64,000 bases of DNA from Acidimicrobiia bacterium (GTDB taxonomy: Bacteria > Actinomycetota > Acidimicrobiia > Spongiisociales > ZC4RG35). Below, piece by piece: positions 19,252-28,995 of the stretch (positions are counted from its first letter, which is position 1; each line of letters starts with the position of its first letter). Position numbers and translations under genes: made by a program. The notes beneath the pieces were generated by a model that worked only from the letters and a program-made list of their open reading frames with translations, did no database searches and was not told the DNA's origin. The stretch covers positions 2,240,001 to 2,304,000 of the forward strand of contig CBDBCY010000004.1 of NCBI GenBank assembly GCA_965203555.1, read 5' to 3'.

Positions 19252-20742
19252 ATGTCTTGGCGCAGGCTCTGGGTCCGCAGGTTGCTTACCTTGATGACGC
19301 TGGGGTGGGTTCTGTGGATGCTGTGGCTGATCTTTGACGACGACCAGCCCTTCGTTCTCTATGTACTGGACCGCGACGGCCTGGGATTGGGGGATGTCAC
19401 CGTACTCCGTGACGGGGAGGTGGTGAAAGTCACCGACCTTGAGGGATCGGTTGAGCTCGATTGGGCGCCGCACGGGCGGCGGTATGTGCTGGTGTCCCCC
19501 GGCCACCTACCGAAAACGGTTACGGTGGCCGGCCCGCCCCAGGACTCGATGGTGGTCCATCTCCGACCGAGAACGCTGCGGGGCAGGGTGACGGACTCGA
19601 ATCTGGTTCCGGTGGAGGGAGCTCTGGTCAGCGCCGGATCGACCAGGACTTTCACGGACGCGGACGGTTATTTCTTGTTGGAGAAGGTGGAGGAGGGTGA
19701 GGTGGAAGTGACCCGTCCGGCTTGGATCCCCACCTCCTACCAATGGGACGGGGGTCCCGGTGACGCACAGTTGACAATCGAACCCCTGGTAATCAGAGCG
19801 GCTCATGTTTCGGGAGAAGTTGCCGGAGACCGGCTGAAGTGGGACGCGATGGTCAGGTTGGTGCAAGATTCGGAACTGAACGGTGTGATGCTGGACATCA
19901 AGGACGAAACGGGACAGGTCTTTTATAACTCTCAAGTGGAATTGGTCCGGCAGGTGAGGGCCGTGAATCCTCAATACGACCTGGCCGGGCTTGCGGATCA
20001 ACTGGAACGGTTGGACATCTATTTGATCGGGAGAATCGTGGCTTTCCAAGACCCCATCGCCAGCATCAGAGCGCCCACCAGCGCAGTGTGGGACTCATAC
20101 CTGGGGCAGCCGTACCGACAGGGTGATCAGTATTTTTTGGATCCCACAGATTCTCAAGCTCGCGCCTATGCCTTGGCCTTGGCTGTGGAGGTGTGTGAAC
20201 TGGGGGTGGATGAGATCCAGTTCGACTACATTCGCTTCCCCGACTCCCGGCGGCCATCCGCCACTTTCGATGGACCGATCGACCCCGATTCCCGGGTGGA
20301 GACCATCACTTCCTTCCTGGAGGAGGCCCGCGCCCTGCTCTGGCCGATGGGTTGTGCAGTGGCGGCCGACATCTTCGGGTTCCTGACTACCGTGCCCGAT
20401 GACGGCGGAATCGGGCAACAGTGGGAGAGAATCACCGAGGTGTTGGATGTCGTGTCTCCCATGTTGTACCCCAGCCACTACGACGATGGGTGGTATGGAT
20501 TCGACCGGCCCAATGATCATCCGGGCGGTGTGGTGAAGTCCGCCCTCGAGGACGCGGTGGCGAGGATGCACACCGCAGTGGTCATCCGTCCCTGGCTCCA
20601 GGACTTCGGTCATCGGGACGACCAGGTTCGGTCTTCGATCAACGCGGCGGAGGATTTCGATCTCGGCTGGATGCTGTGGAATCCGGTCAGCGAGGTGTCG
20701 GTGGGAGCGCTCAAGTCCAATAGTGAAGAGACCGGCGGCTGA
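19252..20742 (+). CDS. Membrane-anchored putative glycoside hydrolase (DUF4015-like) with carboxypeptidase-regulatory-like domains
   Basis: N-terminal TM, GRVTDSNLVPVEGA, DIKDETG, GRIVAFQD, DEIQFDYIRFP, SPMLYPSHY, RPWLQDF. Confidence 0.85.
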   Translation: MSWRRLWVRRLLTLMTLGWVLWMLWLIFDDDQPFVLYVLDRDGLGLGDVTVLRDGEVVKVTDLEGSVELDWAPHGRRYVLVSPGHLPKTVTVAGPPQDSMVVHLRPRTLRGRVTDSNLVPVEGALVSAGSTRTFTDADGYFLLEKVEEGEVEVTRPAWIPTSYQWDGGPGDAQLTIEPLVIRAAHVSGEVAGDRLKWDAMVRLVQDSELNGVMLDIKDETGQVFYNSQVELVRQVRAVNPQYDLAGLADQLERLDIYLIGRIVAFQDPIASIRAPTSAVWDSYLGQPYRQGDQYFLDPTDSQARAYALALAVEVCELGVDEIQFDYIRFPDSRRPSATFDGPIDPDSRVETITSFLEEARALLWPMGCAVAADIFGFLTTVPDDGGIGQQWERITEVLDVVSPMLYPSHYDDGWYGFDRPNDHPGGVVKSALEDAVARMHTAVVIRPWLQDFGHRDDQVRSSINAAEDFDLGWMLWNPVSEVSVGALKSNSEETGG

Positions 20743-20800
20743 GTACCGTCCCGCCTGTTCTGGTGGGGATAGCCCTGATCTCAGGTTGACTTGGCGGCGA

Positions 20801-21769
20801 TCACTCGCCGAATTCGGGTAGCACCCACTCGGCCAACCATTCCAACTGTTGCATGTAGCCGCTGAATCCCAGTCGGACATCGAGGATTACCATCTCAAGG
20901 CCCAACTCAGCGAAGGTTTCGATGGAGCGCAAACAGTCGGACCGGTCTCCCGCCACCAACAGTCCATCCAGGTCGTCGACAGTGTCGAACCCCCCCGAGG
21001 CAGGAGTCACCCAATGTCGGGCGCCCGCCGAACTGACACCCAGAGCCTTGATGTCTATGGAGTCCCTGGCCCGGCGCCGATCCGGGTCAGCCAGCACCAG
21101 AGGGATGGTTCCCAGCAGGATCTGCTTTTGCTGTTCTTCGCACAGTCGGTCAATGTATGCGAGTCGATCTTTCAAGGTGTCGATGGGAATCCGACCCGGA
21201 ATCCATCCGTCCGTGAGGGTGACCGCTCGTCGCGCGGCTGCGCGGGTGCTGCCCCCGTAAAGAAAGGGGATGGGCGCCAAGGGCTTGGGTCTGAGGGTGA
21301 AGTCCTGGAACTGGAAGATCTCTCCTTTATAGGAGACGTTGTCTTCTTGCCAGACCCGCCGACAGATATCCAGAGTTTCGCCGAGAATGGGGATACGACG
21401 ATCCTTGTCGAGCCCCGCGGCCGCGAATTCGGCCTCGTTGCTGCCAAGTCCCATCCCGGCCATAACCCGTCCGTTGGAGAGAAAACTGAGTGTTGCCAGG
21501 TTCTGGGCTAGTTTCAGGGGCCAGCGGATCGGAATCAGCACCGCGGTTCCCAGCATCATCCGGGCGGTGACCGAGGAAAGGGCCGCCAAAGTCAAAAGCG
21601 GCTCCAAGAAGGTCCGGTCTTCTCCTTCCATTTCGTGAGGCTTCCACACCAGGTGATCGCGAACCCACAGCGAATGAAAACCCATCTGTTCTATTACTGG
21701 TGCGTTGTCAATCAGCGTTTCCCTGGATGTCCACTGGCCGAAGTGCGGCGCCAGCACACCGAATTTCAT
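20801..21769 (-). CDS. LLM-class (luciferase-like) flavin/F420-dependent oxidoreductase
   Basis: GFHSLWVRDH, EPLLTLAALSSVT, LGTAVL, SNGRV, YGGS. Confidence 0.9.
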   Translation of the reverse strand: MKFGVLAPHFGQWTSRETLIDNAPVIEQMGFHSLWVRDHLVWKPHEMEGEDRTFLEPLLTLAALSSVTARMMLGTAVLIPIRWPLKLAQNLATLSFLSNGRVMAGMGLGSNEAEFAAAGLDKDRRIPILGETLDICRRVWQEDNVSYKGEIFQFQDFTLRPKPLAPIPFLYGGSTRAAARRAVTLTDGWIPGRIPIDTLKDRLAYIDRLCEEQQKQILLGTIPLVLADPDRRRARDSIDIKALGVSSAGARHWVTPASGGFDTVDDLDGLLVAGDRSDCLRSIETFAELGLEMVILDVRLGFSGYMQQLEWLAEWVLPEFGE

Positions 21770-21829
21770 TAGCTCTCTCCTCGATATTCCCAGGCCCTCA
21801 GATCGAGGGGTCGTCCACTAATGAATCGG

Positions 21830-23266
21830 TCAAGACCGAGGCTGTAGGTAGAGGCCCGGGTGCATATCGGCAGGTCGGTCGGTGGCCGGTTTCTGGGGGA
21901 CCCCGGCGATGTACCGACCGTATCCAGGCTCTGCGGTTACCTCGCCGTCCCGGAAGATGACCGCTCCACGCAACATGGTCATCACGGGCTTGCCTATAAA
22001 GTCGCGCCCGTGGTATGGAGTCCAGTTGCTCTTGCACTCCATCTGCCCGTCTTGAGGCTGGTAGGCCAGATCGGGATCGACGATGACCAGATCGGCGTCC
22101 GATCCGGGTTGCAGCGCCCCCTTCCGTGGATAGAGGCCCAGGATCCGGGCGGGCGCCTCGGTCAGGGCGTGCACCAGCCGACTCAGACGAAGGTTTCCGG
22201 CCTGTACGTCCGACAGCATCAAAGAGAACAGGTGCTCGTAGTGCGGTGATCCGAACGGCCCGATCAACGGATCCTCCTCCATGAGGGTTAGGTCTTCCAG
22301 CAGGTGCGGAGCGTGATCAGAGTCGATGATGTCGATGACGCCGCTGTCCAGCGCTTCCCAGATGGCGGCCATCCGATCGGGGTCGGTGGTGACGGCGCCC
22401 CCCGGAATGGCCCGGGCCCCCTGGCGCTGGATGTCTTCTTCCCGCAGGTGGAAGTACTTGGGGTCGGTGGCGACCGTGACAGGAACCCCGTCGGCCTTGG
22501 CCTGGGCAAGGAGGCGCAGGCTGCCGGGAGCATGGGTGTGGACCACCTGCATCCGCATGCCGGTTTCTCTTTGCACCTCCAGCAGGATTGCCACCGCCAG
22601 CCGCCAAACGACGTCCCGGGTATAGACATCGCTGAAAGTAAAGATGTCTCCCGGTTTGCCTTTGGCAACTTCCCGGTGATAGAGGCTCTCGAAGAGGGTC
22701 TGGGCGAAGGGATGCACCACGCACAGCAAACCCGTCTCCGCAATGGCCTCAAAGGTCTCCAGCAATCGGGCGGGGTCGGCGATTGCAAGCCGCGGATCGT
22801 GAGGGTATCCGCCAGTGACCTGGAAGAACTTGAAGCCGGTCGCTCCTGCCTTGGCCATTTTGGGGATCTCTTCCAACTGGGTCGGGCCGACGAAGTGACC
22901 CCAGTCGACTACGCACAATTCGTCGGCCACCGCCCGCTTCTCTTCGAACAGTTCCACGGTCACGGTGGGGGGTTCAACATTGGGCATATCCACAAAGGTG
23001 GTGTAGCCTCCGGCCGCCGCCGCCCGAGAGGCGGTGAGAAAGTCCTCTTTCTGCTCGTACCCGGGAGAGCGGGTATGGGCGTGAAGATCGATGAGCCCGG
23101 GGAGTACCCACTTTCCTTGCGCGTCCATCTCCCGGTCAGCCGAGACAGGACTGGAAGGATCCAATAACGCGGCGACCTTTTCTCCTGAAATCAGCAGGTC
23201 GGCCTTCATTCCTCCAGAAGACGTCTGGATCGTCCCGCCCCTGATTCTGGTGGTTGTTTCGGTCAT
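21830..23266 (-). CDS. Cyclic amidohydrolase (dihydroorotase/allantoinase/hydantoinase family)
   Basis: PGLIDLHAH, AAAAGGYTT, DMPN, FKFF, SDHAPH, KGALQPGSDADLVIVD. Confidence 0.9.
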   Translation of the reverse strand: MTETTTRIRGGTIQTSSGGMKADLLISGEKVAALLDPSSPVSADREMDAQGKWVLPGLIDLHAHTRSPGYEQKEDFLTASRAAAAGGYTTFVDMPNVEPPTVTVELFEEKRAVADELCVVDWGHFVGPTQLEEIPKMAKAGATGFKFFQVTGGYPHDPRLAIADPARLLETFEAIAETGLLCVVHPFAQTLFESLYHREVAKGKPGDIFTFSDVYTRDVVWRLAVAILLEVQRETGMRMQVVHTHAPGSLRLLAQAKADGVPVTVATDPKYFHLREEDIQRQGARAIPGGAVTTDPDRMAAIWEALDSGVIDIIDSDHAPHLLEDLTLMEEDPLIGPFGSPHYEHLFSLMLSDVQAGNLRLSRLVHALTEAPARILGLYPRKGALQPGSDADLVIVDPDLAYQPQDGQMECKSNWTPYHGRDFIGKPVMTMLRGAVIFRDGEVTAEPGYGRYIAGVPQKPATDRPADMHPGLYLQPRS

Positions 23267-23434
23267 CTGCGCTGCTGTCCTTTCTTGTGCGGAATGCCGA
23301 CGGGTGGGATTCCCGCAAGTGTTACACGCAAAGCTCTACCTGCTCAAACGTCTCGAAGGGTAACTATCAGCGTCCTTCTTTGTCAATACCCTCGTATCAA
23401 GCCAGTGTGACCTACCGTTGCAATCGTACCGGTA

Positions 23435-24655
23435 TCACTCCCGGCGGAGCGGCGGCAACTGACCGATGATTCCTGCCAGGAGGGCGGCGCGGGAGACGAG
23501 ACTGTCAAGTTGGATATATTCGTTGCGGGTCATCAGGTCGCCGCCCACCGGGCCCAGCCCATCCAAGGTGGCGGCTGACGGGCTACGAAAGGAGACGCTG
23601 CCCGCTGCCGCCGACTCGAAGGCATCGATTCGGATAGACAGGTCCCTTCCCACCCGTTCCGCAATGGAAAGCAGCAGTTCGGTACCGTGGTCTGGCCGGA
23701 CCCCCGGTCGATGATTGTGGGCTAGCAGTTCCACCGTGACTCCGCAGTCCTGTTCCACGGTCCGGGCAAGGGAGCGCATGCGGGAGGTCACAGCCTCCCA
23801 ATATTCGGGACCGCGAGTCCGGATGTCCACCACTGCCGAGGCGTGAGCGGGGGTAATGCTGCGCCGTCGACCTGCCTTGGCCATTGTCACCGTGATGTAG
23901 GTGCCTTCCTCCTCATTGGTGAGACGATTGAATCCGATGACCAGTCTTGCCAGGCCGTCGAGGGCGTTGCGGCCCTGGGCGTGGGCGGACCCGGTGTGCG
24001 ATTCCCGTCCTCTCAGGATCAGTCTGCCCACGCCGATGTGTCCGCGCCCGGACATGAGCTTGCCGCCCTGGCGGGCACACTCCAGACCCAGGCACCAGTC
24101 CGCTCCCACTCCCGCCTTTTCGACGGTCTGGCGGGACCCGAGACTGCCGGCTTGTTCATCTCCGGATAGGACAACGGCGACATCGGGTAGACCTACCTCC
24201 AGGTGGCGCAGGGCCTGCAAGGCGGCGACCATCACCACCAGCCCTCCCTTCATGTCCGCCACCCCCGGGCCGAACACCTTTCCACCCTCGATTCGAAAGC
24301 CGCCGCCGGTCGGACTACCGGGCGGGAAGGCCGTGTCAAGATCTCCCAGCAGGAGAAGCCGGCCATGTTGCTCTCCCCTCCGAAATCCTGAGTGGGTGGC
24401 CCCCAATTGGCTGTATGGGATACTGGGCGACATCAGCTCCGCCAGCCAATCGAGGGACTCGGGAAGGGGACGCTGAGCAACCTCCGTGAAACAGAACCCG
24501 AGGGGGCTCAATTGCTCGATAACCAAAGAGGCGACTCTGGCTACCCCGGCGGGTTGAGCGGCGTGACTCTCGGTGACAACCAACTGCCCGAGCAATTCCA
24601 CCAATGCGGTCTGGCGCTTCTCCAGCCAGGCTTGGGCCAACGGTCCTATCTTCAT
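23435..24655 (-). CDS. M20 family (carboxypeptidase G2-like) protein with substituted metal ligands
   Basis: GPGVADMKGG, GRESHTG, DGLGPVG. Has GDLDT, DEQ and LMT in place of HLDT, DEE and H. Confidence 0.82.
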   Translation of the reverse strand: MKIGPLAQAWLEKRQTALVELLGQLVVTESHAAQPAGVARVASLVIEQLSPLGFCFTEVAQRPLPESLDWLAELMSPSIPYSQLGATHSGFRRGEQHGRLLLLGDLDTAFPPGSPTGGGFRIEGGKVFGPGVADMKGGLVVMVAALQALRHLEVGLPDVAVVLSGDEQAGSLGSRQTVEKAGVGADWCLGLECARQGGKLMSGRGHIGVGRLILRGRESHTGSAHAQGRNALDGLARLVIGFNRLTNEEEGTYITVTMAKAGRRRSITPAHASAVVDIRTRGPEYWEAVTSRMRSLARTVEQDCGVTVELLAHNHRPGVRPDHGTELLLSIAERVGRDLSIRIDAFESAAAGSVSFRSPSAATLDGLGPVGGDLMTRNEYIQLDSLVSRAALLAGIIGQLPPLRRE

Positions 24656-24721
24656 TCCTGCCCAGATTACGTGAGGTGCCCGAATGTAGAATCCGCTCGG
24701 ACATCAAACAGGAGTGGCTGA

Positions 24722-25747
24722 ATGGCAAAAGCGACAGAGTTCGGAGTCCGGCTTCCGGTGGCAGGACCCTTGGCGAATACCGCGGACATCCGACGGTCGG
24801 CCGTGCGTTGCGAGGAGTTGGGCTACGACGCGGTTTGGGTGCACGACTTTTTGGCTTGGACCACCTTTCAGGATCGCTACCACGTCTCTTGCGGTTCCCG
24901 CGAGGCAGTGGAAGCTGCTGACTCTCCTCCCGTTTTTTTCGAATCGCTGACCAACATGGCTTTCTTGGCGGGGGTCACCAATCGGATCCGCATCGGAGTA
25001 GCGGTCCTGTGTCTTCCCTACCGGAATCCCCTGGTAGCGGCTAAGCAAGTTGCCAACATCGACCAACTGAGCAACGGTCGCGTGATTTTTGGGATCGGCA
25101 CCGGAGCCCCCAAGAGCACCCACAATGTCGATTTTGAGGTGCTGGGAATTCCCCGTAAGACGAAATATCACGTTACGAGGGACTACCTGCGGGCTATGAA
25201 GACCATCTGGACCGAGGACTATCCCTCTTACCAGGGTGAGTACTTCAGTTTTCCCGAGACCGAGATCTGGCCGAAGCCGGCGCAAAAGCCTTACCCTCCG
25301 ATCTGGACCGGTGGCCACGGACCCACCGCCATGGACATAACCGCCGAGTTTTCGACCGGGTGGATCCCGCCCTGGATCCCACCTGATGAGTACCCGGGTC
25401 GTATTCGAAACCTGGACAGGCTTGCTGTTGAGAAGGGGCGGGGAGGAACCGAATTCGATATCGCTACCGAAGTGTATGTTTCCCTGGCCGAAACCAGACA
25501 GGAGGCGGTCTCCAGCGCCCAGAAGACCCTCGGGGTCCTGACCGAAGGGTTTGATCACACGGCCACCCAAGAGGCCATCCAAGCAGCGGGATTGATCGGA
25601 AGCGCCGACGACGTTGGCGAGAAGATCGGTCGTTACGTGGAAGCAGGCGTCAACCACTACGAGATGAAGTTCGTCTATCACACGGTTGATCATCTGCTTG
25701 AACAACTCGAACACTTTGCTGCGGCGGTGGCGCCTGCCTTCCGCTAG
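24722..25747 (+). CDS. LLM-class probable F420-dependent oxidoreductase
   Basis: EELGYDAVWVHD, LAGVTNRIRIG, RNPLVAAKQVANIDQLSNGR, PKPAQKPYPPIWTGG. Confidence 0.9.
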   Translation: MAKATEFGVRLPVAGPLANTADIRRSAVRCEELGYDAVWVHDFLAWTTFQDRYHVSCGSREAVEAADSPPVFFESLTNMAFLAGVTNRIRIGVAVLCLPYRNPLVAAKQVANIDQLSNGRVIFGIGTGAPKSTHNVDFEVLGIPRKTKYHVTRDYLRAMKTIWTEDYPSYQGEYFSFPETEIWPKPAQKPYPPIWTGGHGPTAMDITAEFSTGWIPPWIPPDEYPGRIRNLDRLAVEKGRGGTEFDIATEVYVSLAETRQEAVSSAQKTLGVLTEGFDHTATQEAIQAAGLIGSADDVGEKIGRYVEAGVNHYEMKFVYHTVDHLLEQLEHFAAAVAPAFR

Positions 25748-25795
25748 CCGGGGAGGCGATACCTGGCGGCATAACCCGGAAAGAATGCCTTACTC

Positions 25796-26689
25796 ATGAA
25801 GACGTTGAGCTTTCCTTCCCCTGCCGGAGTTACCCTGGCGGCGGACCTGTATCTTCCCTCCGGAGACCCGCCTCCCAGTGGGCATCCGGTGGTGGTGGTG
25901 TGTCTGGGATGGGGGAGCGTCAAGGAACTGATGCCCCAGTGGGGGGATGCTCTATCTTGTGCGGGCTTGGCGGTGTTGATCCCTGACTACCGGGGATTCG
26001 GCGCCAGCGGTGGGGAACGGGGCCGCTGCTTTCCTGACGAGCACGTTGACGACATCCGGGCGGTGATGGGCTATGTGGAGAGAAGGTCTGACCTGGACAC
26101 CGGACGACTGGCATTGCTGGGGGTGAGTTACGGCGGGGCCGTGGCGGTGGCGGCAGGGGTTGACAGTCGCTGTCGGACCGTCATCTCGGTGGTGGGTTAT
26201 GGAAGTGGGGAACGTCACCTTGCGGCGGTGCGGACACCGGAGCAATGGAAAGTCTTTAGCGGCCGGCTGGCAGAGGACCGCCGCCGTAGATGCGACGGAA
26301 TCCCCAGTGAGATGGTGGACCCTGATGAGATACTGCTCCGGGACCGAGAAGCCCGAGAGTGGCGACAGCGGGTGGAGCGACAGTACCCCCACATGGCGTT
26401 TGTCACCACCCTGGAGTCGGCCGAGAAGATAGTAGCCTTCAGTCCCGAGCTAACCCTGCCTTACGAGCCGTCCAAGCCTGTCATGTTTATCCATGCCGGA
26501 GGAGATGCGATGATTCCAGTGGAAGAATCACGACGTATGTGGCAGAGATCGAGAGAACCCAAGCGATTGGTGATTATCCCTGGCATCGGTCACCATGAAG
26601 TACATCATGGTGACGCCTTTCGGCAGGTCATTACCGAGGTGAGCGACTGGTTGGAACGCTACCTGACCGCAGGTTCCGATGGCTGTTAG
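25796..26689 (+). CDS. Alpha/beta hydrolase
   Basis: DYRGFGASGG, GVSYGG nucleophile elbow, D (GDAMIP), H (IGHHE). Confidence 0.88.
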   Translation: MKTLSFPSPAGVTLAADLYLPSGDPPPSGHPVVVVCLGWGSVKELMPQWGDALSCAGLAVLIPDYRGFGASGGERGRCFPDEHVDDIRAVMGYVERRSDLDTGRLALLGVSYGGAVAVAAGVDSRCRTVISVVGYGSGERHLAAVRTPEQWKVFSGRLAEDRRRRCDGIPSEMVDPDEILLRDREAREWRQRVERQYPHMAFVTTLESAEKIVAFSPELTLPYEPSKPVMFIHAGGDAMIPVEESRRMWQRSREPKRLVIIPGIGHHEVHHGDAFRQVITEVSDWLERYLTAGSDGC

Positions 26690-27644
26690 GTTCGCGACTC
26701 GTTTCGGGCTTGTGCTCCCCCATTTCGGCGCCGATCCGCAGGTATCCGAGATGCTGGAGGTGGCGCAGTTGGCAGAGGAGGCTGGATTCGACTCCCTGTG
26801 GGTACGGGACCGCTTGGCGGCGGGGGCCCCGCACGGATTGCTGCTTGAGGCGGGCGGCACTACTTTTTTCGAGCCCCTCCTGAGCCTGGCCGCGGTGGCC
26901 GCGGTAACCCGACGGATCACTTTGGGTACGGCGGTGTTACTGCCCAACCGCCATCCCCTGCGTGTGGTGCAGGAGGTTGGGACCCTCTGGCGCCTGGCCG
27001 AGGGCCGGTTGGCGATTGGACTGGGGCTAGGCGTGGGGCCGAAGAACTTTCAATCGCTGGGGTTGAGCTATGGGAGCAGAGTGGAATTGTTCGAAGAGAC
27101 AGTGAAGGCTTTGCGGGACGCCACTTCGGCCAGTGCCGAGGTGGAGATCGATCCGGTGCCTGGCGAGCAACTGATGCTCTACTACGGGGGTGTAAGTCGA
27201 GCGGCGGTGCGCCGGGCCTTCGAGCACACCGACGGATGGATAGCCGGACGTCTTCCTCGCGATACGTTTTTGGCGCGTATGGAATTGGCCGGTCGTTACC
27301 GCGCCAAGACGGGGCGCCGTCTGGATGTCGCCAGCATGCCTATCACTCTGGTCGACTCGGGAGATGGGAGGCATCTGGATGCCGCCCGGGCGGCTGTCAG
27401 CATGCTGGCCCGCAGTGCCGAGGGCGCCACCGATTGGATCAAGCCGCCTTCGGGTCGGTTCGAAACCGTCGAGGATCTGGCCGGTCTGCTGATCACCGGC
27501 TCTCCGGCGCAATGCGCGGAACAGACAGCCGAGATGCTCAAGTCCGGCGTGAAACATCTGATCTTTGATCTTCGACTTGTGTTCGCTGACTGCCACCGAC
27601 AGGTAACCATGTTGGCGGAGGAAGTGCTCCCGGCGCTTCGTTGA
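26679..27644 (+). CDS. LLM-class oxidoreductase, paralog of 20801-21769
   Basis: AEEAGFDSLWVRDR, EPLLSLAAVAAVT, LGTAVL, YGG, DGWIAGR. Confidence 0.85.
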   Translation: MAVRFATRFGLVLPHFGADPQVSEMLEVAQLAEEAGFDSLWVRDRLAAGAPHGLLLEAGGTTFFEPLLSLAAVAAVTRRITLGTAVLLPNRHPLRVVQEVGTLWRLAEGRLAIGLGLGVGPKNFQSLGLSYGSRVELFEETVKALRDATSASAEVEIDPVPGEQLMLYYGGVSRAAVRRAFEHTDGWIAGRLPRDTFLARMELAGRYRAKTGRRLDVASMPITLVDSGDGRHLDAARAAVSMLARSAEGATDWIKPPSGRFETVEDLAGLLITGSPAQCAEQTAEMLKSGVKHLIFDLRLVFADCHRQVTMLAEEVLPALR

Positions 27645-27785
27645 CGACATCTATAACTGCAAGGATTGACTCCCTGTTTTTGAGGCCCGCTGTGAGATCA
27701 GGTGCTAGGGTTGCCGAAAAGATGCCGGCGAATGGCGAAAGCTGGATCCGGTCGGTAATAACTATTTATGCGGAAAGGTTTCTAT

Positions 27786-28913
27786 ATGAATCGTCTAAGG
27801 ACACTTCTTGCGGCGTTGGCAGTCCTGGCACTGATCGCGGCCGCTTGCGCAGACCCCTCCACTGACGAAGCAGCAGATGACGGAGGGGTGGATCAAGTCT
27901 TCTTCATTCTCGACTGGGTACCCAAGGGCCAGACGTCTCCCTTCTACGTGGCATTGGACAAGGGATTTTGGGCCGAGCGCAACATTGCGGTGCAGATCAC
28001 CCGTGGCTACGGGTCCGGTGACACCTCTGCCCGTATCGGACTGGGCGAGGGTGACTTCGGGTTTGCCGGAGTTGGCGCAGTGATGCGTACCATCAGTGAA
28101 GGGTTGCCGTTGGTTGAGATCGCAGCCATCGCCTCCACCGCCCCCACCGCGGTGTATGCGGGGCCTGACGCTGGAGTGAGTGGTGACGACCCCTCCAGCT
28201 TGGTGGGTCTGCGGGGCGCGGTTGACGCTGGTGATGAGAATGACCAGTTGTTCAAGGCCTTTGCCGGCTCGGTGGGGATCAGCTACGACGACATCGATTG
28301 GCAGTACGTAGACGGCGCCGGAATCGGCTCCATAGCCACCGGACAGGCCGACTTCGTCATGGACTGGATCACCAACCTGCCCGAGTGGTGGCTGGCCGAT
28401 CCGCCGATCGAGCCCGACACTTACTGGGTGGGCCGCGCCGTGGACATCTACGGCAACGGTCTCATCACCCGTCCCGAGATGCTGGAAAGCAATCGTGATC
28501 TTGTCAGGCGGTTCATCGAGGGCGCTCTGGCCGGGTACGAGTACGTGATCGAAGGCGGCGTAAGCGCTCACAACGAGTCCATCGACGCTCTCTTCAAGTA
28601 CAACCCTGAGTTGGAGGAGCAGCCCAATGCCCGTGAGTTCCACCTCGGTAACCTGCAGTTGTTCCTCACGCTGATGCTCACCGAGGATGTTCGGGACGAC
28701 GGAATCGGCTACTTTGATCCGGACAAGAAGCAGCGAAGCCTCGACTTCATCAACGACTACCTGCTGGATGCGCCTTTGACCCTTGATCAGGCGTTTATCT
28801 CCGATCTGATCATCGACAGCGGTGACGTGCCTATCGACGACTTCGACGCGGCCCGCGACGCGCTCGCCACCGTGCTGGGCAGGTCTAATCCGCTCACCCC
28901 ATTCCTGGGCTGA
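27786..28913 (+). CDS. NMT1/THI5 (SsuA/TauA-type) ABC substrate-binding lipoprotein
   Basis: Lipobox IAAAC, LDWVPKG, FYVALDKG, GYGSGD, YGNGL. GAAAGG RBS before ATG 27786. Confidence 0.88.
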   Translation: MNRLRTLLAALAVLALIAAACADPSTDEAADDGGVDQVFFILDWVPKGQTSPFYVALDKGFWAERNIAVQITRGYGSGDTSARIGLGEGDFGFAGVGAVMRTISEGLPLVEIAAIASTAPTAVYAGPDAGVSGDDPSSLVGLRGAVDAGDENDQLFKAFAGSVGISYDDIDWQYVDGAGIGSIATGQADFVMDWITNLPEWWLADPPIEPDTYWVGRAVDIYGNGLITRPEMLESNRDLVRRFIEGALAGYEYVIEGGVSAHNESIDALFKYNPELEEQPNAREFHLGNLQLFLTLMLTEDVRDDGIGYFDPDKKQRSLDFINDYLLDAPLTLDQAFISDLIIDSGDVPIDDFDAARDALATVLGRSNPLTPFLG

Positions 28914-28931
28914 GCGAGGTTCATTAGGTAA

Positions 28932-28973
28932 AGGTTGTCCGGAACCTGCTTGGTAGTGGGTTCCGGACAACCT
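28932..28973 (+). terminator. Strong intergenic stem-loop (mRNA stabiliser or partial terminator)
   Basis: AGGTTGTCCGGAACC (28932-28946) pairs perfectly with GGTTCCGGACAACCT (28959-28973), between the binding-protein and ATPase genes. Confidence 0.75.
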
Positions 28974-28995
28974 CCCTTGTAAGAAATACTCTCGG

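Noticed and set aside
21830-23266. Biosynthetic pyrC
   Set aside because: No pyr genes are nearby and the context is catabolic, so only the family is assigned.
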